Shown: one piece after another, positions 16,026 to 24,980 of the stretch | Layout: the number at the start of each line of letters is the position of its first letter | Position numbering within the stretch: the first letter of the stretch is position 1 | DNA from: a virus | Taxonomy: Duplodnaviria > Caudoviricetes | IMG/VR virus record: IMGVR_UViG_3300020045_004608 | Coordinates: 1 to 26,405 of that record | Reading direction: 5' to 3' (one strand) | Length of the DNA stretch: 26,405 bases | Program-made: the position numbers and the translations under genes | The notes under the pieces: generated by a model | What the model was told of the DNA's origin: nothing | Database searches by the model: none | The model's input: the letters and a program-made list of their open reading frames with translations, nothing else

Positions 16026-16788
16026 GAAGACCGCCAAGGCAGAGGAGGTCAAGGAACTCACCATAGGCACCTGCCCCGCCTGCCAAGGCTACGTCAGCCA
16101 CCTCTACTTCATGTCTGATGCGTCCACCAAGAAGCAGTCCAAATGGTACTCCTGCTCATGCGGGGTAGTGTGGAATGTAAACAAGCCGACTAAGGTCTAT
16201 GACATGAAGTATTGGCAGGAGAGGTCGGCCTATGACAAGAAGCTGGATACTGCCTACAGCTACCCCATCAGGCTCTATGCCCCCATCATAGAAGAACTAG
16301 TCTACGGGCGCAGAGTACTCTTGGTCGGTCGTCCCAATGACTACCAACACGACTCCTTTGCCAAGCGCGGCTGGGTACCCACCTCCATAGACAAGAATAC
16401 CTCATTTGTTAATTCATCAAACTTGATCGCTGCTGACTTTGAGACCCACAAGTTCCAAGAGTCCACAAAGTACAACCTCATCTGGTTCTACCACAGCCTC
16501 GAATGCTTGTCTGACCCCATCGGCTCCCTCGCCATCCTCCCTAAGCTGCTTGCCGAAGATGGTATTCTATTTATAGGGACACCTGATACCGACTTCATAA
16601 ACACCAGGTCATCCTCTAGCTTCATCCACTGGAAGCATGATGAGAACTACCTGATGTGGAACAGGCGCTCCCTGACCCGCCACCTAGAACATCTAGGCTT
16701 TAATGTAATACTCGCTCGACAAAACTACGAGCATAGGTTTCCCATCTGGGATGACCTTCACATTATTGCCCAACGCAAATTCTTCTAG
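16012..16788 (+). CDS. Zn-ribbon plus class I SAM-methyltransferase-fold protein with a degenerate motif I
   Basis: CPAC...YSCSCG, RVLLVGRPN (in place of LDxGxGxG), TSIDKN, YNLIWFYHSLECLSDP and DGILFIGTPD. ATG at 16012 after AGAAAGG. Confidence 0.75.
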   Translation: MLNFKKTAKAEEVKELTIGTCPACQGYVSHLYFMSDASTKKQSKWYSCSCGVVWNVNKPTKVYDMKYWQERSAYDKKLDTAYSYPIRLYAPIIEELVYGRRVLLVGRPNDYQHDSFAKRGWVPTSIDKNTSFVNSSNLIAADFETHKFQESTKYNLIWFYHSLECLSDPIGSLAILPKLLAEDGILFIGTPDTDFINTRSSSSFIHWKHDENYLMWNRRSLTRHLEHLGFNVILARQNYEHRFPIWDDLHIIAQRKFF

Positions 16789-16797
16789 GAGGGCCAG

Positions 16798-17253
16798 ATG
16801 GCCACAAAGACCGTTACAATCGACACCGATGAGTGGAATTACCCTGACATTAGCGGTGCCAAACACATGGTCACCAATGCCGAGGCCTTCACTTTCACCC
16901 TCACAGACGGCGGCGCATCTGCCGTAACCTACCAGAACGACCTTGATGGCTCAGTTCTCTGTAATGATGGTAGCCGAGTTACCATTCGCCGGTGGGCAGC
17001 AAACGCCACTAATGGACTAGTGAACGGAAACCTAGCTCGTACTTGGGGACCGACCGCAGATGCACAGGACGCAACCGCAGTCTATGGCCTCGCTGGGGAG
17101 TTTGTTACCTCCCACTCCTCAAACAATGTCTACCAGTTCTGGAAGCCCATCAGCCTGACCGTGGACAATGTGGATGCTCCCACAGCCATCAGCGGAACCT
17201 TTGAAGACCAGTTTGGCAACAGGTTCACTTGGACCACGGTTACGGTGAGCTAA
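16798..17253 (+). CDS. putative virion structural protein
   Basis: T/A/N/D-rich beta-type protein starting MAT; SD AGGAGGG; first gene after the cassette. Confidence 0.55.
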   Translation: MATKTVTIDTDEWNYPDISGAKHMVTNAEAFTFTLTDGGASAVTYQNDLDGSVLCNDGSRVTIRRWAANATNGLVNGNLARTWGPTADAQDATAVYGLAGEFVTSHSSNNVYQFWKPISLTVDNVDAPTAISGTFEDQFGNRFTWTTVTVS

Positions 17254-17254
17254 C

Positions 17255-17431
17255 ATGGCAGCCTACTCAACAACAGTGAAGTTCATTGAGAATGGTGAGG
17301 GTAATGCTTTTGCCGCAGCGGTAGATGCCTACATGGAAACCCTAGACTCTACCAATGACCCTATAGGTTCTATTACCTTTGGGTTCAACTCACAGAGTGG
17401 TAAGTACTTTGCCATCATTCTGACGACTTAA
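17255..17431 (+). CDS. 58-aa putative virion protein
   Basis: Translated by hand: MAAYSTTVKFIENGEGNAFAAAVDAYMETLDSTNDPIGSITFGFNSQSGKYFAIILTT. TAATG overlap with the adaptor gene. Confidence 0.65.
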   Translation: MAAYSTTVKFIENGEGNAFAAAVDAYMETLDSTNDPIGSITFGFNSQSGKYFAIILTT

Positions 17432-18447
17432 TGACCAACGATACCTACAAGCGCATACAGGTTCGTGCAATGGCCTTGGTGCAGAACACAAGCACCAGTA
17501 CGTCCAATGCCAACGACCTCCTCCCAAAGGTCAAAGACTGGTGTCGCACTCGCTATGATCGCATACTGCGCGCCTTTCCTTGGGATGAGCTAAACCGTAG
17601 CTACAACCTATCCATTGCTGCTGGTACCCGCGACTATGCCCTCCGCTATGACCTAGAGAGTGTGATTAAGATGTGGGACACCACCCACGGCAATGAGATC
17701 ACGGCCTATGACCTGAGAGACCACATTAGGTTCAATGCTATCAACCTAGAAGTCTCAGGCAATGTGCAGACGGGCAACCCTGACCAGTACATCGACATAG
17801 GGTCTAAGTCCTGCTCAGCCCTCATGTCCATAGCAGACAAGGTACAGGTACTCTCCACCTCCGCCTCTGATGTCAGCCCCGCAGTCATACGCATCACGGG
17901 TGAAGTGAGCGGTATGCCAGTGGGTGAGAACATCACCCTAACTGGGGTTACAGCCGTTGACTCAGCCAACACCTTTGATGCAGGGAGCGAGCTTCAAATA
18001 ACAGCAGGGTCATCGAGTGCAGTGCTGACCGACTTGGTTGGCGTAGTCACAGTGCGAGAGAAGACCACCACCTCCAACGTCATTGCCAAGCTCGCCCCAA
18101 ACGAACGCGCCCCCTTCTACAAGTGGGTCAGGATGAGTGTGATGCCATCCACTGCCATCACGGCTCAGGTTTGGTACAAGCGGCGCTGGTACCCCCTGAC
18201 CAATGACAACGATGCCCCCATCATCCCCTGTGCCAATGAGATCGTGGAGGGTGTGGTGGCTGATGCGCTCTGGGAGGACGGTCAGGAAGGTGCGGCTCAG
18301 GCTCAAGACTCCAAGTTTACCAAGCAGGTCACAGAACTCTGGATATCTCGTCGCCCTCGCAACCTCATCACCCAAATTGTCCCTGATGAGGGTGACCCTC
18401 AAGCCGCATCTGGGCGCAACCTCTACTACTTTGGTAACAGCTACTGA
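17431..18447 (+). CDS. head-tail adaptor (podovirus), with an inserted beta domain
   Basis: Helical N-terminus ending ILRAFPW, then AGTRDYAL, TGNPDQY, WYKRR..PLTNDNDAPIIP and a helical C-terminus. Precedes the nozzle gene. Confidence 0.7.
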   Translation: MTNDTYKRIQVRAMALVQNTSTSTSNANDLLPKVKDWCRTRYDRILRAFPWDELNRSYNLSIAAGTRDYALRYDLESVIKMWDTTHGNEITAYDLRDHIRFNAINLEVSGNVQTGNPDQYIDIGSKSCSALMSIADKVQVLSTSASDVSPAVIRITGEVSGMPVGENITLTGVTAVDSANTFDAGSELQITAGSSSAVLTDLVGVVTVREKTTTSNVIAKLAPNERAPFYKWVRMSVMPSTAITAQVWYKRRWYPLTNDNDAPIIPCANEIVEGVVADALWEDGQEGAAQAQDSKFTKQVTELWISRRPRNLITQIVPDEGDPQAASGRNLYYFGNSY

Positions 18448-20621
18448 TGCCAGTCCTCACTAGCAAGCGCGCCAAGGTTAGCCAGATAGACTTCACAGGG
18501 GGACAAAACTCCGGTGATGACCCGTCCACAGTCAAAGCCAACCAAGCCTCGCTCATTGAGAACTCCTATATCACAGAGGTGGGCAAGGTTGAGCAACGGG
18601 AAGGCCAGACTAGGTTAGGTGATAATCCCGCCACCCTAATCTCCCTCTGGACATTTGATGATTCAACCGCAGTAGATGATAAGAGTACCAATGAGGGGAC
18701 GGCCACTAACGTTAGCTATGTCGATGGGAAGTTTGGCAAGTGTGCCAGCTTTAATGGGACGACATCCTCTATCTCCGTCCCTGCCGCAGCAGCAATCAAC
18801 GCCACTTCTATGGGAGCCTTCCGTATCTCAGCCTGGGTCTATGTAGATTCAGATGGAGAGAATGATGAGGGGCGCATTGTAGACAAGATGGCGGGAACTG
18901 ACGCTGGCTACCGCCTCTTTGTGAAGTCTCAGTCTGGCAGCACCGTCATCCTAGACTTCGAGGTGGGCGACACTGGTACCAACACAAGGGTCGTGACCTC
19001 CACCACAATGTCCACAGGAGCCTGGCACAAGGTTGACGCCATCTACAATACTGACCGCTCTGGTGACATCTACATTGATGGGGCGATAGCTACCTACTCC
19101 ACCGATACTACAGGTGGTACTGCCACGGCTGATGACTCAGCCAACGTACTCTACTTTGGTAACCGCGCTGCTGATGACCGCTGCTTCGATGGCGAAATAG
19201 ACGACATCCGCATCTATGATGGCTCATTCACCGCAGACGAACTTGAGATCAAAGCTATCCTTGGTCTAACCACCTACTCTGTCGGCTCCACCTATAACAA
19301 GCCTATTCGCGCCATGGACACCAAGATACAGGAGCTTAACTCCAACTTTCTCACTTGGGACAACATAACCGGCCTGACCACCCTTACCGCAGGACTCACT
19401 ACCAACTTTATCCAAGGTCTTGACCGCCTGTTCATCTTGAACGGCACCGACAACGTCTTCTCCATCGACTCAGCCCTCACCGTCACAGACGAAGGCAATA
19501 CCAACGCTGACTTTCCCAAGACCACCTTTGCAGAGTGGGCTGCCAACAATCGTATGTTCGCCAGTGGGAGCTTGACTCAGTCTCTGCGGGACATCGTCTA
19601 CTTCTCCAATGCCCTAGACCCCCAAACTTGGGACAGAACACTTAACCTCTTCAAGGTTCGCTCCGGTGGCGGCGGCAAGGTCACATGGCTCAAGATGTTC
19701 AAGGGGTTTGAACTCATCATATACAAGGATGACAGCATATTTGTCCTCAACATGGATGGGGCAACACCCCTCACTGATTGGAACCTCAAGCCCCTCTCAG
19801 TAGTCGTTGGCTGTCCCGCAGGGCGCACCGTCTGCGACATCGGCAATGACCAGATATTCCTAGCCAATGATGGGGTACGCCTCCTCTCCCGCACGACCTT
19901 CGACAAGCTACGGGTCGGCGTCATCTCTGACCCCATCCGCGACATCATGGAACTCATCAATCAAGATGCCATACAGAACTCAGTCGGGTTCTTTGAGAAC
20001 GGCCTCTACCTACTGGGCGTACCCACCGAGACCTCTACCATCCCCAACCGTTGGATGATCTGGGACTCGGTTGCTGCCACGCGCAATGGTGAGCCTAATG
20101 GCGGGTGGACCACCATCCCAGAGGATGTCTGGAACATGTCATGCATGACCTCCTTTGGCTTCGGTGACAACTTCAAGACCGTCATTGGGGGAGATGCACG
20201 CGCCTTATCCCTCTGCTATAAGGTCCTCAGTGGTAACACCGACAACGGCTCCACCATCACCCAGTCCATCATCACCAAGGAACATGATTTTGGTGAACCC
20301 TTTGCTAAGAAGATATTTGACCCTGTGCGCTTCACCTGTGAGACAGGTTCAGACGCATCCTATTCCTACTCCATGGACGTTGACAATGTTGGGTTTTCAA
20401 CCATTGCTTCTACAGGTACATTATCTGGTGCCTTAACTACACCTTTTACTACTCCCGCAACCACTGGCGGTTCGACAGCCAACAACTCCTCTTACCGCAG
20501 CAAGTTTATGGGTAAGGGCAGCTCTGCTCGTCTTCAGATCACCAACTCTGTCTACAACAAACGCCCAACATTCATCGAGTATGAACTCTTTGCTAAGGGT
20601 TTCCAAGGGAGGATATCGTAA
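18447..20621 (+). CDS. tail nozzle/DNA stabilisation protein (P22 gp10/T7 gp12-like beta-propeller) with a LamG insertion
   Basis: DFTGGQNS...VEQREG, NNRMF, VYFSNALDPQTW, LIIYKDDSI, VGCPAGRTV, IFLANDGV and ISDPI. LamG motifs: LWTFDD, GKFGKCASFNG, ISAWVY, WHKV and FDGEIDDIRIY. Confidence 0.8.
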   Translation: MPVLTSKRAKVSQIDFTGGQNSGDDPSTVKANQASLIENSYITEVGKVEQREGQTRLGDNPATLISLWTFDDSTAVDDKSTNEGTATNVSYVDGKFGKCASFNGTTSSISVPAAAAINATSMGAFRISAWVYVDSDGENDEGRIVDKMAGTDAGYRLFVKSQSGSTVILDFEVGDTGTNTRVVTSTTMSTGAWHKVDAIYNTDRSGDIYIDGAIATYSTDTTGGTATADDSANVLYFGNRAADDRCFDGEIDDIRIYDGSFTADELEIKAILGLTTYSVGSTYNKPIRAMDTKIQELNSNFLTWDNITGLTTLTAGLTTNFIQGLDRLFILNGTDNVFSIDSALTVTDEGNTNADFPKTTFAEWAANNRMFASGSLTQSLRDIVYFSNALDPQTWDRTLNLFKVRSGGGGKVTWLKMFKGFELIIYKDDSIFVLNMDGATPLTDWNLKPLSVVVGCPAGRTVCDIGNDQIFLANDGVRLLSRTTFDKLRVGVISDPIRDIMELINQDAIQNSVGFFENGLYLLGVPTETSTIPNRWMIWDSVAATRNGEPNGGWTTIPEDVWNMSCMTSFGFGDNFKTVIGGDARALSLCYKVLSGNTDNGSTITQSIITKEHDFGEPFAKKIFDPVRFTCETGSDASYSYSMDVDNVGFSTIASTGTLSGALTTPFTTPATTGGSTANNSSYRSKFMGKGSSARLQITNSVYNKRPTFIEYELFAKGFQGRIS

Positions 20622-21386
20622 ATGGCAATCGTGACTTTGCCCAATATTGGTAATGGGTCTGACCCAGCAACAATCAATGTGAGTGTACTGAATGGGAAGG
20701 TTGACCCGCTAGCCACTGACTACAATGGGAACATTCAGAATGTAAACATTGCGGCAGCGGCGGGGATTGTATACTCCAAGCTCACCTTAACCGACAGTGT
20801 GGTCAATGCGGATATCAACTCTGCTGCTGCCATCGTAGACACCAAGCTAGATCAGATCACCACGGCAGGCAAAGTAAGTGGGGCTGCCATCACTGCCCTC
20901 GCTTCCACCCCCAGCGGTGCTGGTGCCCTACCCGTAGCCAATGGCGGCAACGGCATCATCATCATGCCGACCTTCAGCGCACACAAGAATGGAACCGACC
21001 AAACTGGCATAGCCGACTCTACCCTTACTAAAGTCACCTTTGGCACCGAGGATTGGGATGTAAATTCTAACTTTGCCTCCAGTACGTTTACTCCCACAGT
21101 GGCGGGCAAGTACCTTATTACTGCCTGTGTCCAGTGGAACTCCATTGGGGATGGATTCACAGGGCAAGCCAATGTTTACTTCAATGGGTCTAACCTTCGT
21201 ACCCTCTATGCTAACCGAGCGGGGGCAGCGGGTAACCAGCTATGCAGTGGCACCGTCCTTGTGGTGATGAATGGCAGCACCGACTACATTGAGATATTTG
21301 CCCAGCACAGCGACACAGGTGGCACTCGGGACATTGAAGGTGATGCCACCCAAACCTACTTCCAAGGCTGTTGGGTTACCCCTTGA
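20622..21386 (+). CDS. tail fibre/spike with a C-terminal C1q-like domain
   Basis: Fibre repeats (VVNADINSAAAI..KL, LPVANGG) followed by FSAHK...KVTFGTEDWDVNSNF...FTPTVAGKYLIT...MNGSTDYIEIF...TYFQG. Confidence 0.75.
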   Translation: MAIVTLPNIGNGSDPATINVSVLNGKVDPLATDYNGNIQNVNIAAAAGIVYSKLTLTDSVVNADINSAAAIVDTKLDQITTAGKVSGAAITALASTPSGAGALPVANGGNGIIIMPTFSAHKNGTDQTGIADSTLTKVTFGTEDWDVNSNFASSTFTPTVAGKYLITACVQWNSIGDGFTGQANVYFNGSNLRTLYANRAGAAGNQLCSGTVLVVMNGSTDYIEIFAQHSDTGGTRDIEGDATQTYFQGCWVTP

Positions 21387-21706
21387 TAAGCACAGTCAAG
21401 GATACAAAGGGGCGGGTGATAGCGTACATGGAGAGCAGGGTGGTGGGCCAGTCTGGCTTTGACAAGCTCCACGGCGAGTACCTCTACATCGCCGACCTGT
21501 GGATACATGAGAGCCGCCAGTATGATTGGTCAATCTACCGCGAACTCATGCGGGATGTCTTTCGCCGCGCACAGTCAGTCCTGTGGGTCTACTTTACACG
21601 CCGCAAGTATGGAGGCAAACAGTCTCGTAACTATAGCAAGGAGAAGTTGATGAAGCTGATAGACAAGTGTCCGATGGTTGTGATGAAGGAGGTGTCCTGT
21701 GGGTGA
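21383..21706 (+). CDS. GNAT-fold protein (putative acetyltransferase-like virion assembly factor)
   Basis: IAYM...YLYIADLWIHESRQ...IYRELM has a GNAT motif A-like layout but lacks the R/Q-x-x-G-x-G loop. Sits just before the ejection genes. The TTGA overlap suggests start 21383 (alternative 21371). Confidence 0.5.
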   Translation: MISTVKDTKGRVIAYMESRVVGQSGFDKLHGEYLYIADLWIHESRQYDWSIYRELMRDVFRRAQSVLWVYFTRRKYGGKQSRNYSKEKLMKLIDKCPMVVMKEVSCG

Positions 21707-22412
21707 TTCAGCAGCAGACGCACCTAATCCAGCACCGGCACCTTCGGCAGGTGAGACATCAGCACAGGCTCTTCAAGCTCAGATTGATGCCCAGCCACAG
21801 ATACTTGCAGCTCAGAAGGAGTTTGGTCCCCAGTTCAGCCAGCTAAACCTTGAGCAGCTTCAGAAGTATGGGCCTGAGTTTGCCCAAGCGGCCTTAGACC
21901 TTCAGAAGAAGTTTGCTCCCCAGTTTGCAGCCGTAGAGCGTGATCTGTCGCCTGAGCTTGCTGGTGCCCAGACTACCTTGGCCAACTACCTTAGTGGTAA
22001 CGATGATCAGGAGTTTGCGGCACTCTCTCCTGGACTTCTGGATAGCGTGAGAGCAGGGCAGTCACAGCGCGGCATAGGGGCTATCAGTCCTCTTGGCTCC
22101 ATAGACGAGTCGGTTCAGCTCCAACAGCTTAAGCAGAGCCTAAAGGATCGCCGGTTGAATGTTGCCCTGTCCACGGCTGGGCGTGTCCCCATCGGCGGTA
22201 TCAATCAGGTTCAGGGTCAAAGTGGAACGGGTCAAGTTATTCAAGGCCCCTCGTCATCTGACCTATTTGGTTATCAGACTAGCCTCAACAACTTCAACGC
22301 CTCCATCTTCGGTACCCAAGCCAACATCTTTGGTACACAGCAGCAGGGATTGACTGATACGCGGAATCAAAGGTTTAAACTTGGTGGGCAAATATTAGGA
22401 GCTTCAATCTAA
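21699..22412 (+). CDS. putative DNA ejection/pilot protein 1
   Basis: MG start, P/A-rich N-terminus, Q/A/G-rich helices and a terminal GGQILGA; podoviral ejection-gene position; SD AAGGAGG. Confidence 0.6.
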   Translation: MGDSAADAPNPAPAPSAGETSAQALQAQIDAQPQILAAQKEFGPQFSQLNLEQLQKYGPEFAQAALDLQKKFAPQFAAVERDLSPELAGAQTTLANYLSGNDDQEFAALSPGLLDSVRAGQSQRGIGAISPLGSIDESVQLQQLKQSLKDRRLNVALSTAGRVPIGGINQVQGQSGTGQVIQGPSSSDLFGYQTSLNNFNASIFGTQANIFGTQQQGLTDTRNQRFKLGGQILGASI

Positions 22413-23458
22413 TGGGAATCCTTGGAGATGTAATAAAGGATCGCATTAGTAAGCAACAAGAGAAAGCTGACAAGGAAACCAAGACCCTTGAGGCGCAGAA
22501 GTCATTTGAAACAATACGCGCTGCCATAGCCAAGAAGAACCCAGAACTTGCCGCAGACCTTGCAAACCTTGCCGTAGATGACATGGGTTCTGACACCCTC
22601 TCTAGTATTAACAAGATGCTTGCCAAGCAACTTGTCCCTAAGACTGAGAATGAACAGTTGATTGATGCAGGTAAGGTTGCTGCTGCACTCAATAGCATTA
22701 GAGAAGCTGGCATCGGTGGTGGTGGGTTATCACCCACAGGTACTTCTCGCATTACTCCAAATACTGCTGCCGGTAACACACAGGTTGCCAATGCTGTTGC
22801 ACAACAGGGTGCCACACCTACAGACCAACCTAGCGACTTGGTCGCCACTGACTTCAACATAGCTGGGGTAGCTACCAAGTACAAGTCTAGGTCTGGTATG
22901 GCTGCTGAAGAACAGGCAAAGGTTGATACGAAGAATCGCCAGAAGGTTCAGACAGCAGAGAACACATCGGCAGGAACAAATAGGTTCATGCAGCAGTTTC
23001 AACGTTCTTATGATGAGCTCAAAGCCTTTGACCCAGAGGTTGATAAGGTTGGAGTCGGTGGTTATCTCTCTAGAACTGGGGCTAAGATAGCAGAGCATCT
23101 CGATGAGCTTCCAGAAACTAAGGCTCTCAAGATTCAAGTACTTCCTCTAGCCAACGGTATGGCTCGTGAGATTGAAGGTGGGCGCGTCACTGACAGTGAC
23201 CGTAAGATTTATGCTGACTCATTTGCCAGTGCAATCAACTTCCCAACTGTCACCAACGTAAGAAACATGTCCACGCAGCTCATTGGCCTTATTGATAAGG
23301 GCGGTAATGAAAATGGGAAGATTAGTAACCAACTTAGAGAGCTGGCAAAGTCTGACTCGGACATATTCAAGCGGGTTATCGCTCAAGTTCTTACGGAGTA
23401 CCCTGATATGGCCAAAGACATCTATGGTGAAGACTATGAGGTAGTAGATGAAAGTTAA
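22412..23458 (+). CDS. putative DNA ejection protein 2
   Basis: Helical, with a GGRVTDSDRK motif seen in internal virion proteins; TAATG overlap. Confidence 0.55.
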   Translation: MGILGDVIKDRISKQQEKADKETKTLEAQKSFETIRAAIAKKNPELAADLANLAVDDMGSDTLSSINKMLAKQLVPKTENEQLIDAGKVAAALNSIREAGIGGGGLSPTGTSRITPNTAAGNTQVANAVAQQGATPTDQPSDLVATDFNIAGVATKYKSRSGMAAEEQAKVDTKNRQKVQTAENTSAGTNRFMQQFQRSYDELKAFDPEVDKVGVGGYLSRTGAKIAEHLDELPETKALKIQVLPLANGMAREIEGGRVTDSDRKIYADSFASAINFPTVTNVRNMSTQLIGLIDKGGNENGKISNQLRELAKSDSDIFKRVIAQVLTEYPDMAKDIYGEDYEVVDES

Positions 23459-24710
23459 GAATAAGAAGACAGGCGAGATTATTGATCTTTCAGAACCAAC
23501 CAAAACAGAAGACTCCCCTACACCTAAGTCAAATAGCAAGCCAGACCAAATGGATAGGTTTAACCCAAAAGGTAAGGCTGCTACCGAAGCTAGGATTAAA
23601 GAACGCGGTACCATCCAAGACACAGTCAAGAAGATTGGTTCAGAAAAGAGCACAGTTAAGAAAGTCGGTGCTGGGCTTGGAGTATTAGCTGCACCACTTG
23701 CTGCTGTTGAGTCTGGAACAGCGAATGTAGGTCTTGAAGTACAGAAGGGTAATCTGAACCCCGTAGACTTGTTGAAGGAAAGTATTCTTGGACTCTCCCT
23801 TCAGAAGCAAGGTCAGTATGGCGACATCATGAAGAACGCTGGGTATAACCCAGTACTCTCTGATACAGCAGGACTAGTTGCCAGCATGTCACCTGTGAAG
23901 GTCTACAGCAATGTGGCCAAGACCTTTGGCAACATATCCAGAATGTCAGACAAGGCTCTTATGAAGACTGGTAAGAACCTCATTTATGCCATTGATGATG
24001 CAAAGAAGGCCATTGGTACAAAGGTCACACAAGAGTACGCCAAGGGTGCAGACAACTTATCTGTAGATGGCTTGCAGTTCATCAACGATGTTGTTGACCT
24101 ACCCAAACCCATCATGCGGAAGATGGAACTAGCCTTCGGTAAGATGGAAGACTTTGCCAAGGACTTAACCATTGGTAAGGTCAGGGAGTTTAAGCGTTAC
24201 CTTGGAAAGCTAAAACCCAATGCTTATGGGGGTGATGCTAGAGGGCTGAAAGACACCTTGGATATCAAAGATATCAACAAGGTCTATGGCAAGGTTTCTG
24301 GAACCGCAGAAAAGGTGATGCGGGATAAGTCATCGGGCTTAGACAAGTCTACTGTTGACCACCTGCTTGACCTTGATGAATCCTACCATGATGTCATTAA
24401 CGCTGGTCGCTACATCAAGCACACTATTACCGATGCAACACTTGGTAAACCCACTAAGGTTGGAAACCTTGCAGAAGCAATTAAGCTCGAAGGTGATAGT
24501 ACCGCAAGAGCGGCATTGAGCAAGATCAAGAGTAGTAGCCGTACTGCCATGAATAATGTGAATAAGGCCATGAACCGTATGGAATCATTCAATCGGTGGC
24601 AGAGGGACAAGCAGATTGTCTCTAGGGCAATTAAGGCAGTGACCTATGGTGGTATTGCCGGTGCAGTCGGTGGAAAGATACTTAATAAGTTCCAAGATAA
24701 GGGTGATTGA
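23448..24710 (+). CDS. putative DNA ejection protein 3
   Basis: K-rich and helical, with Gly/Ala hydrophobic segments (GAGLGVLAAPLAAV, YGGIAGAVGG); synteny. Confidence 0.55.
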   Translation: MKVKNKKTGEIIDLSEPTKTEDSPTPKSNSKPDQMDRFNPKGKAATEARIKERGTIQDTVKKIGSEKSTVKKVGAGLGVLAAPLAAVESGTANVGLEVQKGNLNPVDLLKESILGLSLQKQGQYGDIMKNAGYNPVLSDTAGLVASMSPVKVYSNVAKTFGNISRMSDKALMKTGKNLIYAIDDAKKAIGTKVTQEYAKGADNLSVDGLQFINDVVDLPKPIMRKMELAFGKMEDFAKDLTIGKVREFKRYLGKLKPNAYGGDARGLKDTLDIKDINKVYGKVSGTAEKVMRDKSSGLDKSTVDHLLDLDESYHDVINAGRYIKHTITDATLGKPTKVGNLAEAIKLEGDSTARAALSKIKSSSRTAMNNVNKAMNRMESFNRWQRDKQIVSRAIKAVTYGGIAGAVGGKILNKFQDKGD

Positions 24711-24979
24711 TGACCAACGCCTACCACTTTGAGACCGTAGAGGTTGGGGATAAGGTGGCCAAGCTGTCCCCCACCGACACCCCTGAGACAGCCTTCATCA
24801 CCTGTGAGAGGGATTGTCGCTATCGGTTTGATGGGGGTGAGCCCACAGCAGTGACCGGCCACCTACTGCGTGACGGCCAGTCCATCACCTTGGTTGACAA
24901 GCGCAACATCTACCAGTTTAGGGCTATCTCAGTTGAGGTAGCACCCGCAACTCTTTCAGTAACTTACGAGAGGACATGA
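24710..24979 (+). CDS. small conserved phage virion-associated protein
   Basis: RYRFDGGEPTAVTGHLL.DG resembles the recurrent phage 'RxxxDGxxPTxxxGxxL' beta-sandwich protein. TGATG overlap. Confidence 0.6.
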   Translation: MTNAYHFETVEVGDKVAKLSPTDTPETAFITCERDCRYRFDGGEPTAVTGHLLRDGQSITLVDKRNIYQFRAISVEVAPATLSVTYERT

Positions 24980-24980
24980 G

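Noticed and set aside
10528-16788. Host LPS/O-antigen locus, serotype-conversion cassette or DNA-glycosylation system
   Set aside because: It is flanked by and tightly packed with virion genes, with no wzx/wzy/gtr membrane proteins and no hydroxymethylase or TET/JBP gene in the window. These alternatives are disfavoured, not excluded.
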